A stretch of 64,000 nucleotides of DNA, taken from positions 124,001 through 188,000 of the IMG/VR virus record IMGVR_UViG_3300050132_000038, one strand, 5' to 3'. Shown piece after piece: positions 1 to 9,600 of the stretch (within the stretch, counting starts at the first letter, position 1; each line of letters opens with the position of its first letter). The position numbers and the translations under genes were made by a program. The notes beneath the pieces are model-generated. The model worked only from the letters and a program-made list of their open reading frames with translations, was not told the DNA's origin and did no database searches.

Positions 1-294
1 TTTGCTTCCGTTAGCATCCTCTCGGAGTTCAAGCTTAATAGGAAACGGGTTATCTGCTGTCACTACCCAATCGCCCAATGGAGTGCTGGCCACCACGGCT
101 CTTGGATGTTGCATGGGCACACCCACGGAGACTTTGATTACGAGAAAGCCAACCTTGCAGATAAACGAATCTTGGACGTAGGCTTCGACAATGCCTATAG
201 GGTACTGGGCACCCATCGCCCTTTCTCCTTTGAGGACATTACTATACTATTTGAAGATCGGGTATCGATCGAACACCACGGGAAGGCAGACTAA
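1..294 (+). CDS. Calcineurin-like metallophosphoesterase, 5'-truncated by the window edge
   Basis: Frame 1 is open from base 1 and reads ...CHYPIAQWSAGHHGSWMLHGHTHG...DVGFDN, typical phage phosphoesterase C-terminal motifs. Confidence 0.8.
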   Translation, partial: FASVSILSEFKLNRKRVICCHYPIAQWSAGHHGSWMLHGHTHGDFDYEKANLADKRILDVGFDNAYRVLGTHRPFSFEDITILFEDRVSIEHHGKAD

Positions 295-296
295 TC

Positions 297-647
297 ATGG
301 GTACTCTACACTACGGTATAAATCTTAGCCGTAAAGAAATCTTCTGCCTTGGTAAGTACAGTAAGTATTCCATAGTACAGCCAATGTGGGACGGGGCCAC
401 AGATGAGGAGATTATCAAGCAGGCGATGGGAAGCGAGACTTCTGCTATTACGCGGACACACTTCACCTCCCTAGTTGCACGAATTCGGGTCTTTAATATT
501 CACAAGGTAATTCATGAAGACGATCTGGATCTGGATGGTGCGTGCACTGAGTACGAGGACTACATCTACAAAGACTCTGTGTACGTCAACGACTCCGATA
601 TGTTTGGCAAGACTGTTAGGCAACATAGTGATGAAAACGGGTATTAA
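297..647 (+). CDS. Hypothetical protein
   Basis: 116 aa ORF packed 2 nt after the previous stop. Confidence 0.6.
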   Translation: MGTLHYGINLSRKEIFCLGKYSKYSIVQPMWDGATDEEIIKQAMGSETSAITRTHFTSLVARIRVFNIHKVIHEDDLDLDGACTEYEDYIYKDSVYVNDSDMFGKTVRQHSDENGY

Positions 648-669
648 GATCACTACATAGGAGGGTAGT

Positions 670-942
670 ATGAACCACCAGATACTAATAGACTTTGCAG
701 TTGTAGTGGCCGGAACCTGCTTATACATAGTGGTCACCCGGCTGTTCTCTATGAACAGCACTACCAGCAAGGTCAACTTATACAACCGAGGTTACGTCCA
801 CGCCGCGTCAACACTACTCCGGAACGAGAGTACCCCAGACTCCCTGCTAGAGCTTGCACATAATCCCTTCCACCAAAATGAATTCGACGAAGGTATAAAA
901 CAAGCAGTGCATGACTTTATACACTATAGGGATATCTCATGA
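670..942 (+). CDS. Hypothetical protein with N-terminal hydrophobic segment
   Basis: GGAGGG RBS; ATGA overlap with next ORF. Confidence 0.6.
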   Translation: MNHQILIDFAVVVAGTCLYIVVTRLFSMNSTTSKVNLYNRGYVHAASTLLRNESTPDSLLELAHNPFHQNEFDEGIKQAVHDFIHYRDIS

Positions 943-1433
943 CTGATCTTGAATTCAATCAAGATGGTTGCCCTCTGCTACCCGACACCGTCGCCGAGAT
1001 ACAGCGTAGAATTACCGAAGCGCTTGCTGTCCCTAACATCATGCTAGAGCCTTCCCACGGACCACTAACTGAATGGCTGATGGAAGTTTCTGAGCACTAC
1101 CTGGAGTCTATGAAGAACCAGAAGTCTATTGAGGACTTCTCAGTTAATGTGGGTACCCCTTACGTCGTCTACAAGTTTCGGATCACCAAGAAGGGTTATG
1201 TGATTGAGCACCGCCGGGATACCATAACGGGAGCTCTATCTGAACACCGTGCGGATTACTGGGCTTTGAAAGGCCGCCAAGGGCCGCATAAGAGTCGTAG
1301 GCTTCTACGTAGGCTTGCACGTCATACACTCGGTGAGTACGCACCTGTGGATATGTTTTTCACACCTGTAAAGCCTGCTGAGTATATTACCTTAAACCTA
1401 ACCATTGATAAAGACGGAGCAACGTATGAGTGA
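939..1433 (+). CDS. Hypothetical protein
   Basis: 164 aa ORF, translationally coupled. Confidence 0.6.
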   Translation: MTDLEFNQDGCPLLPDTVAEIQRRITEALAVPNIMLEPSHGPLTEWLMEVSEHYLESMKNQKSIEDFSVNVGTPYVVYKFRITKKGYVIEHRRDTITGALSEHRADYWALKGRQGPHKSRRLLRRLARHTLGEYAPVDMFFTPVKPAEYITLNLTIDKDGATYE

Positions 1434-1713
1434 CGACGCTGGCCTAGCAAAGATTAACCTCCTGGGCGCCTTACCCTACTTTCGGCACGCTGTTTCCGAA
1501 GCGAAGAAGCTCGGTCCGGCGCAGCTAGGTATAATCGCTGTACTACCTGATGGTTCTAAGAAGCTTGAAATCAGTTTCGACTGCGAGGAGTTCTTTAAGG
1601 ACCTCGCAATTGTTTTAGGTGCCGGCCCACAGACTGAGGAAGAAACAGTCAAAGCCGACGCCCTAAAGTTCGTACAAATCCACAACATTACATCCGGAGA
1701 AGCACATGAGTAA
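1426..1713 (+). CDS. Hypothetical protein
   Basis: Start moved to ATG 1426 (GGAG RBS upstream); overlaps both neighbours. Confidence 0.6.
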   Translation: MSDDAGLAKINLLGALPYFRHAVSEAKKLGPAQLGIIAVLPDGSKKLEISFDCEEFFKDLAIVLGAGPQTEEETVKADALKFVQIHNITSGEAHE

Positions 1714-2191
1714 CGCAAGTAACTTGACCGCAATGATCGACAAGCTGGTAACGGAAAAGACCTTCACGATGGATGCTCTCCAGGCAATCCAGGAGCTGAA
1801 GGTTAAGGCAGAGCACCTTGAAGACTCCAATCTAAAGTTGGAAGCTCAACTCAAGGATTCCAAGGCAGAACGTAGCACCCTCAGTAACCAACTCGCGATG
1901 GCTAATGGTCTAGTAATAGACTGGAAGACCCGTGAGCAAGAATTGGTTAAGCGTGAACTGAAGGTCACTGAGCACGAGAAGACTGCAGCTGTTGCTAACG
2001 CAGTATCGGCAGCATACAAGGATGCCCTCAAGACGGTGTTCGCTCCTAACGTTGTTCGCCAACAAGTTATGACTAGCCGGAACTACACCAATGCCAATGG
2101 TCAGTACACATCGGATGGTGGGTGCGATACCACGACAACTGCAGAGGGCTACGAGACTCCTGGTATCCCCGGTATCCCTAGCTCACTGTAA
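1706..2191 (+). CDS. Coiled-coil hypothetical protein
   Basis: Heptad-like L/K/E-rich central region; GGAG RBS. Confidence 0.65.
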   Translation: MSNASNLTAMIDKLVTEKTFTMDALQAIQELKVKAEHLEDSNLKLEAQLKDSKAERSTLSNQLAMANGLVIDWKTREQELVKRELKVTEHEKTAAVANAVSAAYKDALKTVFAPNVVRQQVMTSRNYTNANGQYTSDGGCDTTTTAEGYETPGIPGIPSSL

Positions 2192-2194
2192 CCT

Positions 2195-2389
2195 ATGTTC
2201 TTCCTAGAGCGGGACGAAATACAAATGGAGCACATGAGGCAAAGTGGTAAGTACGAGGTACCAGATTCCTATCGAGTAGGCGGAGATAACTTGTGTGTAA
2301 TTTGTGGCTACAAATATTACGATCACCCTCGACATGTCCCTTACAATTATCTAACTTGTCTTTGTGATGGTAGAGTAGTCAAACTCTAA
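2195..2389 (+). CDS. Small Cys/His-containing protein
   Basis: CVIC...H...CLC pattern; packed in operon. Confidence 0.5.
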   Translation: MFFLERDEIQMEHMRQSGKYEVPDSYRVGGDNLCVICGYKYYDHPRHVPYNYLTCLCDGRVVKL

Positions 2390-2419
2390 TTTTATCCTGT
2401 CTACCACAGGAGTAACACT

Positions 2420-2872
2420 ATGACATTCCAAGCAGCGTTCTTTAAGGGCACATCTACCGGCCTAGGTGCTATTCTTGATTGGGCTATACAGACCCAGACA
2501 GCCGGCACGTACACCCATTGTGAACTTGTATTCTCAGACGGCCGTTCAGCTTCCTCTGTTCCCGGTGCCGGTGTACGATTTACTACTCCTGGTTCTATCG
2601 ACTTCACTGATACGACGCAGTGGGAATTGATGGACCTTGACGGCCTAGATGAACAAGCAGCTATAGACTGGTTCACTGCCAACGAAGGTAAGGGGTATAG
2701 CTATTGGGGCGATGCACGTTTCGTCTTAGGTATCCTCCGTCCCGATACTAAGGATGACTTCTGCAGTGAAGCCTGTGCCTATGCTCTAGGCTTTGTCGAA
2801 GGCTGGCGCTTCGACCCTAACTGTCTCAACGTTGTACTCACACGTTTGATGCAAGCTGTTCAACCTATGTAA
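2420..2872 (+). CDS. Permuted papain-like (NlpC/P60 superfamily) cysteine hydrolase
   Basis: His (YTHCELVF) precedes Cys (FCSEACA), the permuted order; AGGAG RBS. Confidence 0.65.
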   Translation: MTFQAAFFKGTSTGLGAILDWAIQTQTAGTYTHCELVFSDGRSASSVPGAGVRFTTPGSIDFTDTTQWELMDLDGLDEQAAIDWFTANEGKGYSYWGDARFVLGILRPDTKDDFCSEACAYALGFVEGWRFDPNCLNVVLTRLMQAVQPM

Positions 2873-2880
2873 ATAGTAAC

Positions 2881-2979
2881 TGGGGAGCATCTGCACTAAG
2901 TCTGCGGTGATGTTAGGTAAGGCTTGGCGGTCATTGCCCAATTAACCCTAGACCGACTGAGGCACGTAGATGCTCCCCA
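2881..2979 (+). ncRNA. Putative ~100-nt rod-like structured RNA
   Basis: TGGGGAGCATCTGC pairs with GTAGATGCTCCCCA (14 bp, one G-U); further internal stems; intergenic; TGTAAATA motif just upstream. Confidence 0.45.
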
Positions 2980-2997
2980 CCCCATTAGCCTTATTGA

Positions 2998-3198
2998 GAA
3001 CCCCCAGCACTAGGGACCTACTGGAAACATTCTAATGGCAACGAGTACCGAGTGCTAATAATTACCAACATTGAGACAAAGGACGCCTCTAAGTACCCGA
3101 CCACTGTTGTGTACATTAACGATGGTAACGGTAAAGCGTATTCCCGCCCGTTGTCCCGTTGGTACGCAAGTATGACCCTGGTTACTAATCCAAAATGA
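2998..3198 (+). pseudogene. DUF1653-like small ORF lacking an in-frame start codon
   Basis: Reads YWKHSNGNEYRVLIITN...KYPTTVVY...YSRPLSRW; in-frame TGA at 2995; ATGA coupling to next ORF. Confidence 0.5.
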
Positions 3199-3368
3199 GA
3201 TTAACTAATCGACTCAGCTTCAGCTACTGGGGTAAATGGGTTGGCCTGTACTATACCAACTACGACTACTACCAAGGTGACAAACCTCCTCGTTGGAGTG
3301 GGTTCCATCTTGGTCTAGGGTTCTCTACTCTTATGTACCATTTGCCTAGACACCTATTAGAAGCCTAG
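3195..3368 (+). CDS. 57-aa aromatic-rich small protein (not in the supplied ORF track)
   Basis: MRLTNRLSFSYWG...MYHLPRHLLEA; ATGA overlap; paralogous to 3904..3975. Confidence 0.55.
   Translation: MRLTNRLSFSYWGKWVGLYYTNYDYYQGDKPPRWSGFHLGLGFSTLMYHLPRHLLEA
3334..3364 (+). repeat. 31-bp direct repeat, copy 1
   Basis: TGTACCATTTGCCTAGACACCTATTAGAAGC; 29/31 identical to 3941..3971. Confidence 0.9.
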
Positions 3369-3369
3369 A

Positions 3370-3573
3370 ATGAAAAAGAAAGCTATGACTCTCGAAGCGC
3401 TGTTCAACAAGATTAAACCGCTCATTAACTCTGGGTTAGGTGACGCCTTGGTACACTGGCATACAGAAGTACATCTAGGCAATCCTAATGTCACCTGGGG
3501 CGACGTAGAAGATGTTCAACTAGTTGATTCTGAAAAATACGTGCGTCTAGTTATAGACCTCAATCACCCATAA
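3370..3573 (+). CDS. Hypothetical protein
   Basis: 67 aa ORF packed after 3368. Confidence 0.5.
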   Translation: MKKKAMTLEALFNKIKPLINSGLGDALVHWHTEVHLGNPNVTWGDVEDVQLVDSEKYVRLVIDLNHP

Positions 3574-3636
3574 TGTGGTGACGAAAGTCTATCGTGATTC
3601 AAATCCAGCTCGGCCTACCAATAACAGAGGAGAGTT

Positions 3637-3894
3637 ATGCCGTCAATAGATGAATACATGAAACAAGATAACCTAGATGGTACTTCTAAGCGTAGGGCAT
3701 CAAAGGTCAGTATCGAACTAACTCCGGGCAGCCGGGATCTACTTGAAAGCCTTGTTGATAAGGCGGATGCCTCGAGCATCCACGAAGTTGTTAAGACTGC
3801 GCTTCGTTTGTATGACTTCGTATTATCACAACCTGCTGGTAGCCAGCTTTTCAGTAAGCACCAAGATATTGAAACTAAGATTGTACTAGTGTAG
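3637..3894 (+). CDS. Ribbon-helix-helix (CopG-like) DNA-binding protein
   Basis: KVSIEL strand followed by two helices (SRDLLESLVDK; SIHEVVKTALRLY); GAGGAG RBS. Confidence 0.6.
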   Translation: MPSIDEYMKQDNLDGTSKRRASKVSIELTPGSRDLLESLVDKADASSIHEVVKTALRLYDFVLSQPAGSQLFSKHQDIETKIVLV

Positions 3895-3903
3895 GAGCAC
3901 ATA

Positions 3904-3975
3904 GTGCGTATAGCTAATCGATTGAATTTTGCCACTCCTGTGTACCATTTGCCTAGCCACCTTTTAGAAGCATAA
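3904..3975 (+). CDS. 23-aa mini-ORF, internally deleted paralog of 3195..3368
   Basis: AGGAG RBS, GTG start; MRIANRLNFATPVYHLPSHLLEA. Confidence 0.45.
   Translation: MRIANRLNFATPVYHLPSHLLEA
3941..3971 (+). repeat. 31-bp direct repeat, copy 2
   Basis: TGTACCATTTGCCTAGCCACCTTTTAGAAGC. Confidence 0.9.
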
Positions 3976-3994
3976 CTCAAACTGGAGAACTACC

Positions 3995-4378
3995 ATGATT
4001 ACCAAGTCGCATCATATTCACCAAGGAACCCTTAACACAGAAGGTTCCCTTGTGGACGTCTTTACCGCAGTCAGCTGTGCCCATCAACGAGTCTTGAAGT
4101 CGTTAGTACTCTCTAACGAGGTGTATGCTTTGTTGGTTGCGCGTATGTTCTCCGAAGAAGCCGAGTTCCCTGAACCTGCCTGCCCACTTGCCGAGTCCTT
4201 TGTAAACACAATGGATATAGTGACTAAGTTCTCGGAGATTGATAAGGCACGCCCCGGTGAGAAGTATCTAGGGGTTGCGTTCGGTGTTGACGTCTATTAC
4301 GAAACACCTGATGTACCTCCTCTCCTCGCACTTGAGGGCTTGTCCTACGTAGTGAACTACGTAGACTTTATTGGCTAA
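3995..4378 (+). CDS. Hypothetical protein
   Basis: GGAG RBS; 127 aa. Confidence 0.6.
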   Translation: MITKSHHIHQGTLNTEGSLVDVFTAVSCAHQRVLKSLVLSNEVYALLVARMFSEEAEFPEPACPLAESFVNTMDIVTKFSEIDKARPGEKYLGVAFGVDVYYETPDVPPLLALEGLSYVVNYVDFIG

Positions 4379-4781
4379 CCGGGAGTACCCCATGATTGAT
4401 GCACATTTTCTTGAAGTATTTAATGCAGTATCTTCAAGGTCCGAGCAAGTTGCGAAAGCTCTACCTGAGGGGACAGATCTACTTGTTACCCTAGTTGTTG
4501 ACACGGACGAATCTTTAGAAGCTGCCTGCGCGCGTCTAGGGCTTAACCTTAACATTCCCCACACCCGTCCTGAGATTATCAACGTCAATAATTTGAAATC
4601 TGACTTTGCCCCTACGCTTCGTGGAGCTACCCGACTACTAGTAGTGGTAGAGAATAGCATTTACGATAAATTCAAAGGGCCAGTTGAGTATGAATTTGGT
4701 TACTCTTTATCACTATCCTTGAAGTCTAGTGCTAACGTCCAAGGCTATGATTCTGCTGCAGACATTTTCTTCTTAGCATAG
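4371..4781 (+). CDS. Hypothetical protein
   Basis: 136 aa, overlaps the previous stop. Confidence 0.55.
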   Translation: MANREYPMIDAHFLEVFNAVSSRSEQVAKALPEGTDLLVTLVVDTDESLEAACARLGLNLNIPHTRPEIINVNNLKSDFAPTLRGATRLLVVVENSIYDKFKGPVEYEFGYSLSLSLKSSANVQGYDSAADIFFLA

Positions 4782-4820
4782 CCGCACTGACTCCCTAAGC
4801 TCAAACTGGAGTATTAAAGA

Positions 4821-5810
4821 ATGCCAACTAAACTAAGTGGGGCCGCACGTCTTCACGTTGTAGCGGTCTACTTCAATCACAATCACAGCAAGAACATACT
4901 GAATAACTTTCGTAAGTTTGAAGCTCATATGAAGGAACTTGGGGTCACTCTCTACAGTGTAGAGGTTGTACTCAATGATGCGGACTTCGAGGTAACGGAA
5001 GCCAGTAATCCGTACCACATTCAAAAGCGGGCCAAGTACGAATTGTTCCGCAAAGAAAACATGATTAACCTTGGTGTTCATCGCGCTATTGAACTCCACG
5101 GTGATGACGTTAAGTATCTGGCCTGGATTGATGCTGACATTACCTTCATCAACCCGAATATCGTTGAAGACACTATCTCTCAGCTGCAACGCTACAAAGT
5201 AGTGCAGATGTGGAACACTGCTGTTGACCTCGGTCCTGATGGACAACCACTGGTCTTCCCTGAGAAGGGTGGTTCGGTTATCAAGAGTTTTGCCTACGTC
5301 TATCAGACTGTAGGCTTAGAGCCACGTGAGAAACATTACAATCTCTACAGACACCCAGGATATTGTTGGGCAGCACGTCGTTCTGTTTGGGAGCAAACTG
5401 ATGGCCTCCTTGACATCTCGGTCTTAGGCACTGCTGACCACCAGATGGCGTGGGCTTGTGTAGGTGACATTGAAGTAGGCATCCACGGGGAAACCTCAGA
5501 CAACTATAAGCAACGAGTACGCGAGCACCTCACTAAGTTTAAGAATGTAGTGAACGGCGACCTCGGTGCAGTACAAGGCATGATCGTTCACTCCTGGCAT
5601 GGTACGAAGGAAAGCCGCCGCTACGGTGAGCGGTGGTCTGTGTTCACCGAAAACAACTTTGAACCAGATTTCGATTTGGTTCGTCGCCATGATGGTCTTA
5701 TCGAACTGACAGAACGTAACCCAGAACTCCGCAATGGCATTCGCCGTTACTTCTCACTCCGCAATGACGATTGCAACGTGACGCAGGACTTCTTCAAGCT
5801 TAAGCTTTAA
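4821..5810 (+). CDS. Putative GT-A fold glycosyltransferase
   Basis: KENMINLG...YLAWIDADITF (DxD)...HPGYCWAARR...LDISVLGTAD...HSWHG. Confidence 0.65.
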   Translation: MPTKLSGAARLHVVAVYFNHNHSKNILNNFRKFEAHMKELGVTLYSVEVVLNDADFEVTEASNPYHIQKRAKYELFRKENMINLGVHRAIELHGDDVKYLAWIDADITFINPNIVEDTISQLQRYKVVQMWNTAVDLGPDGQPLVFPEKGGSVIKSFAYVYQTVGLEPREKHYNLYRHPGYCWAARRSVWEQTDGLLDISVLGTADHQMAWACVGDIEVGIHGETSDNYKQRVREHLTKFKNVVNGDLGAVQGMIVHSWHGTKESRRYGERWSVFTENNFEPDFDLVRRHDGLIELTERNPELRNGIRRYFSLRNDDCNVTQDFFKLKL

Positions 5811-5874
5811 CTAACAATTTTATCGTAGGCGCATTATTTAGACTCATCGACAGCTTCACTGAGGAATAAGCACT

Positions 5875-6156
5875 ATGGTCTACTCCCGTTGGTCTGACTC
5901 GTTTTTCTATACTGCTGCCCAGACGGGAGCACCCCATATTTCAGCATCGAAGTTACAAATAAACCCAAGGATCGGTGATTCCAGGACAGTCCGTTATGAT
6001 TTTCTAGCGGACATAGACTCACATTGGGTTGCTCTTAATTTCCCTGATACCCCTATGCACCTACTTTCACAGCTAGTTAAGCTCGTGAAAGAATTTAGGT
6101 TCGACATGGAGCACAACGTTTATCCGTATAAGGGCTTTAAGCAACCCACCTGGTAA
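5875..6156 (+). CDS. Hypothetical protein
   Basis: GAGG RBS; 93 aa. Confidence 0.55.
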   Translation: MVYSRWSDSFFYTAAQTGAPHISASKLQINPRIGDSRTVRYDFLADIDSHWVALNFPDTPMHLLSQLVKLVKEFRFDMEHNVYPYKGFKQPTW

Positions 6157-6184
6157 CTGATCCATCATACCTGGAGTTGTCGTC

Positions 6185-6553
6185 GTGAGTACTATTTTAG
6201 CACCCTATGTTATTGTTCCTCCTGTTGACCAACCGCAGGCCCGCAGAGGTTTCAACGATAAGCCCGTAGAGATTTATACCAACGGAAAGCTCACTCAATC
6301 CTATATGTCGTATGTTCAAGTAGGACAACCGTGGCACGCTCTAGAAGGTAATGCGAAAGACAAGTGGTTCGTATGCCTAACCCCTGTCAAGCTCGATTAT
6401 TCGCGTGACCCGAAGAACCCTACACTTATCCTCGGTGCAATGAATGTACTGCAGGCAGACTCCCTGGATTCTAAGGTCCACAAAGCGCCTAAGGCTGTTC
6501 ACCGTCTTGGTGTCGAAGCACTAGCAGACGTACTAGACGTAGAATTTAAGTAA
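6185..6553 (+). CDS. Hypothetical protein
   Basis: GGAG RBS, GTG start; followed by terminator. Confidence 0.6.
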   Translation: MSTILAPYVIVPPVDQPQARRGFNDKPVEIYTNGKLTQSYMSYVQVGQPWHALEGNAKDKWFVCLTPVKLDYSRDPKNPTLILGAMNVLQADSLDSKVHKAPKAVHRLGVEALADVLDVEFK

Positions 6554-6559
6554 GACAAT

Positions 6560-6595
6560 AAGCCGCCCGACTTCAACAGGTCGAGGCGGCTTTTT
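6560..6595 (+). terminator. Rho-independent terminator
   Basis: AAGCCGCC/GGCGGCTT stem plus T-run. Confidence 0.85.
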
Positions 6596-6642
6596 CGTTT
6601 GTGTCTTGTAAATATAGTCATATACCTTTAAGGTTCCGTTCC

Positions 6643-9600
6643 ATGTTAGATTCAAAATTTCAATTCCCCTTCTCAGAGGCAGCAGCCGGTAAACGAGATC
6701 CATATGACCTCGTGCTCAAGCGCTGCTATAACTGGGATAATTCTAAACGTCGTATTCTAATTGTTCTCCAAACGGTAGACGGGCGTGACCTTAAAGCAGA
6801 AGAACTGTTAGGTGATCGTTCAGTCAAGACTGCCTTCCACTCGTCCATTGACTACACCCGCAAGTTAGCAGGGGCCTACAAGGAAGATGGAGTACCAGAA
6901 GCAGCTTACGCTGTACTCAACTATAATGGTTGGCGCCACTTGCACATGAAGGGCACTGCCAAGCACGAATCCGAACAAGCATTCGCTGCTCGTATCAATC
7001 AGGCTATCAAGAAGCTCAAGCCAACTCATATCCTGGTCTCTGGCGACCAAGCAATGAAGTCAATCTTCCCTCAGGTGGAGAACTCCGAATTCAAACGGGG
7101 CTGGGTTCATAACTTGACCTCCGGTGATCTTAAGTTCAAGGTGACCTCTACTTTAGACTTCGCACGGCTTCTGGAAAAGGGTGGCGAGAAAGCCAACCTG
7201 TTAGGCTTCTGGTGTAGACACTTCTCTTACTTGATGCTGGGTAAGAATCCTCATGACTTATCGCACATACAGAGTACCCCACGTTACATCGACACGCTTG
7301 AGAAGTTCGATAGACTGATGCAGCGATTTGATGACGCAGAGGTGTGTGCGGTCGATACTGAAACACGTAACCTATCCGTACTCCACAATAAGATCTACAC
7401 GATTCAGATGGCGACCAATCACAATGAGGAAGTCGGCTATGTATTAGCAGTTGACCATCCTCTGTGTCACTGGTCTGTAGAAGATAGGAAATATATCAAG
7501 AAGGAATTGCGTAAGCGATTCTCGGCTAAAACAGGTCCTGAGCTAGTCACGTTCAACGGTATGTTTGATCTTCGGGTTATACGACGCTGCCTAAAGATCC
7601 CTATCATCTGGTTAAAGGTGTGGGAGATTATGTACGGTGAGCAGTCACTTGATGATAACTTCGTTGATCTGTCCTCGCAGGGCGTGAAGGTCGGTAACTT
7701 AGCTGCCATACTCTGCTCATACGGGGATGACTTCTATTATACCAAGGAAGGATTCAGTAAGGCTGATCGGAGTACTACAGGTACCGTTGACCCACGAGAC
7801 AAAGGATTCCTACAGTATGGAGCAAAGGACGTTACCTGTCTGTTGGCAATGCGAAAGCAGCAGATAGCAATGGCTTCGCACATAACTATCGGGGGCAAGA
7901 ACTTCAAGCCTTACTTTGTCCGGCACATGTTACACCAGATGTCCGATACGGCACACCAGCTGTCACATCTTCGTGAAGACGGTTCAAATGTATCCCGGTC
8001 ATACCTCAAGCACTTGCTGTCTTCTGAGTCGCCATTACTGGCAGAACTGAAACGCACTGAGGGTGAGTTCAAGGTGTTCAAGGAAGTCCAACAGGCTAAC
8101 AAAGAGCTATTGGCTAACTCTGGATTTAAGGCAGGCTCTCTATTTGCTTCTGCAAGTCCCTCGTGGATGTTTAGCTTAGGTAAGAGTGCCCACAAGCAGA
8201 AGCTATTCGTTGAGATCTTGGGGCTCCCCGCACTGTCTAAGACTAAATCAGGTGCGGATCAGATTGACTCGAACTACATCGACTTCTACAAGGATAAGAA
8301 CAAGGTGGTCTCCTTGTATGGTGACCATCAAAAGTTATCCAAGTTGCGGTCAACTTACGTTAAGGGATTCTACAAGAAGATCACCACCAATCTCGATGGC
8401 GCAACCGATGACCACCTTCGTGCAGACTACGAGATTGTTACCACAGGTCGTACCTCGTCTAAGAATCCTAACCTACAGAACATTGTCAACCGAGGACCTC
8501 TGGCGAAGATCATCAAGCGCATGTTTGTGGCCCCCGAGGGTTACCTCCTAATCCGTTATGACTATTCAGCACATGAAGTTCGTGTATGGTCTATTATCGC
8601 TAACGACAAGGTACTGGCAGAGACATTTAAGGCAGGACAGAAACTTCGTAGGGCATTCATTCAAGACCCATCCGATGCAAACAAGAAGGCTATCAAAGAG
8701 AAGGGCGACGTTCATATCTTGAACGTCTTACGATTCTTTGGTCAGCTGGTCGATAAAGAACACCCATTGCGTGACGCAGTGAAAGCCGTTGTGTTTGGGG
8801 TGTTATACGGTAAGGGGCCAGAGGCCTTGGGCCAAGACACTAAGCAAGGCGAACTTAGTGAACTCAAAGGTAAGATCTCCGCACTCTACAATGAGACCCT
8901 GGTGTCGAAGGATAAGAAGCGCATTGTTGAGATAAATCGTATGCTCGAAGAACTAGACTTGAAGCTCACGGCATTGCTTGAGGAAGATCGTTCGGCATAC
9001 GCTCAGAATATTATCGATAAGATGTTCAATGAGTTCCGCGCCGGTGCTAAGTGGACGGAGCGCATGAGTGAATCGGCAGAAAACGAATACCAAGTGTACT
9101 CCCCAATTGGTAGGCGCAAGTATCTGCCCGCTGCCCTCACCAAAGATCGAATGATTGTTGCCAAGCAAGTACGTCGTGGTTCTAATGCGCCAGTCCAGGG
9201 CATGGCCTCGGAAGTAGGGATGAAGGCCGGGCGACTTATCTTCACCGAGTACTATAAGAATCTGAAAATCTTCAAAGAGAAGTTGGGTATTACCAAGAAG
9301 GAATGGGAGTTACGTGTGCCGTTTAATCGTAGTGTTCATGATGCGAATTACTATGCAGTGCCGTACTCTATGGTTATTCCATTCATCCATGTTCTGCAAT
9401 ACCAAGCAACGTATGGTGTTACTAAGGCATACAAGGATGAGTTCAACGTGGACTTTACCGTCGAGCCTGAGATCGAGTTAGAGGTATCGGCTAGGGATGA
9501 CTTGAGTTACAAATGGGACTGGGCGTTACCTAATCTGGTTGCCAATCTCAAGAAGGCAGTCCACGATGCTAATGAACTAGGCGTGCTCGTTGGTACAGAG

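Noticed and set aside
2881-2984. Hairpin as SRP RNA, 6S RNA or tRNA-Sec
   Set aside because: No SRP domain IV motif, too short for 6S, no cloverleaf or T-loop
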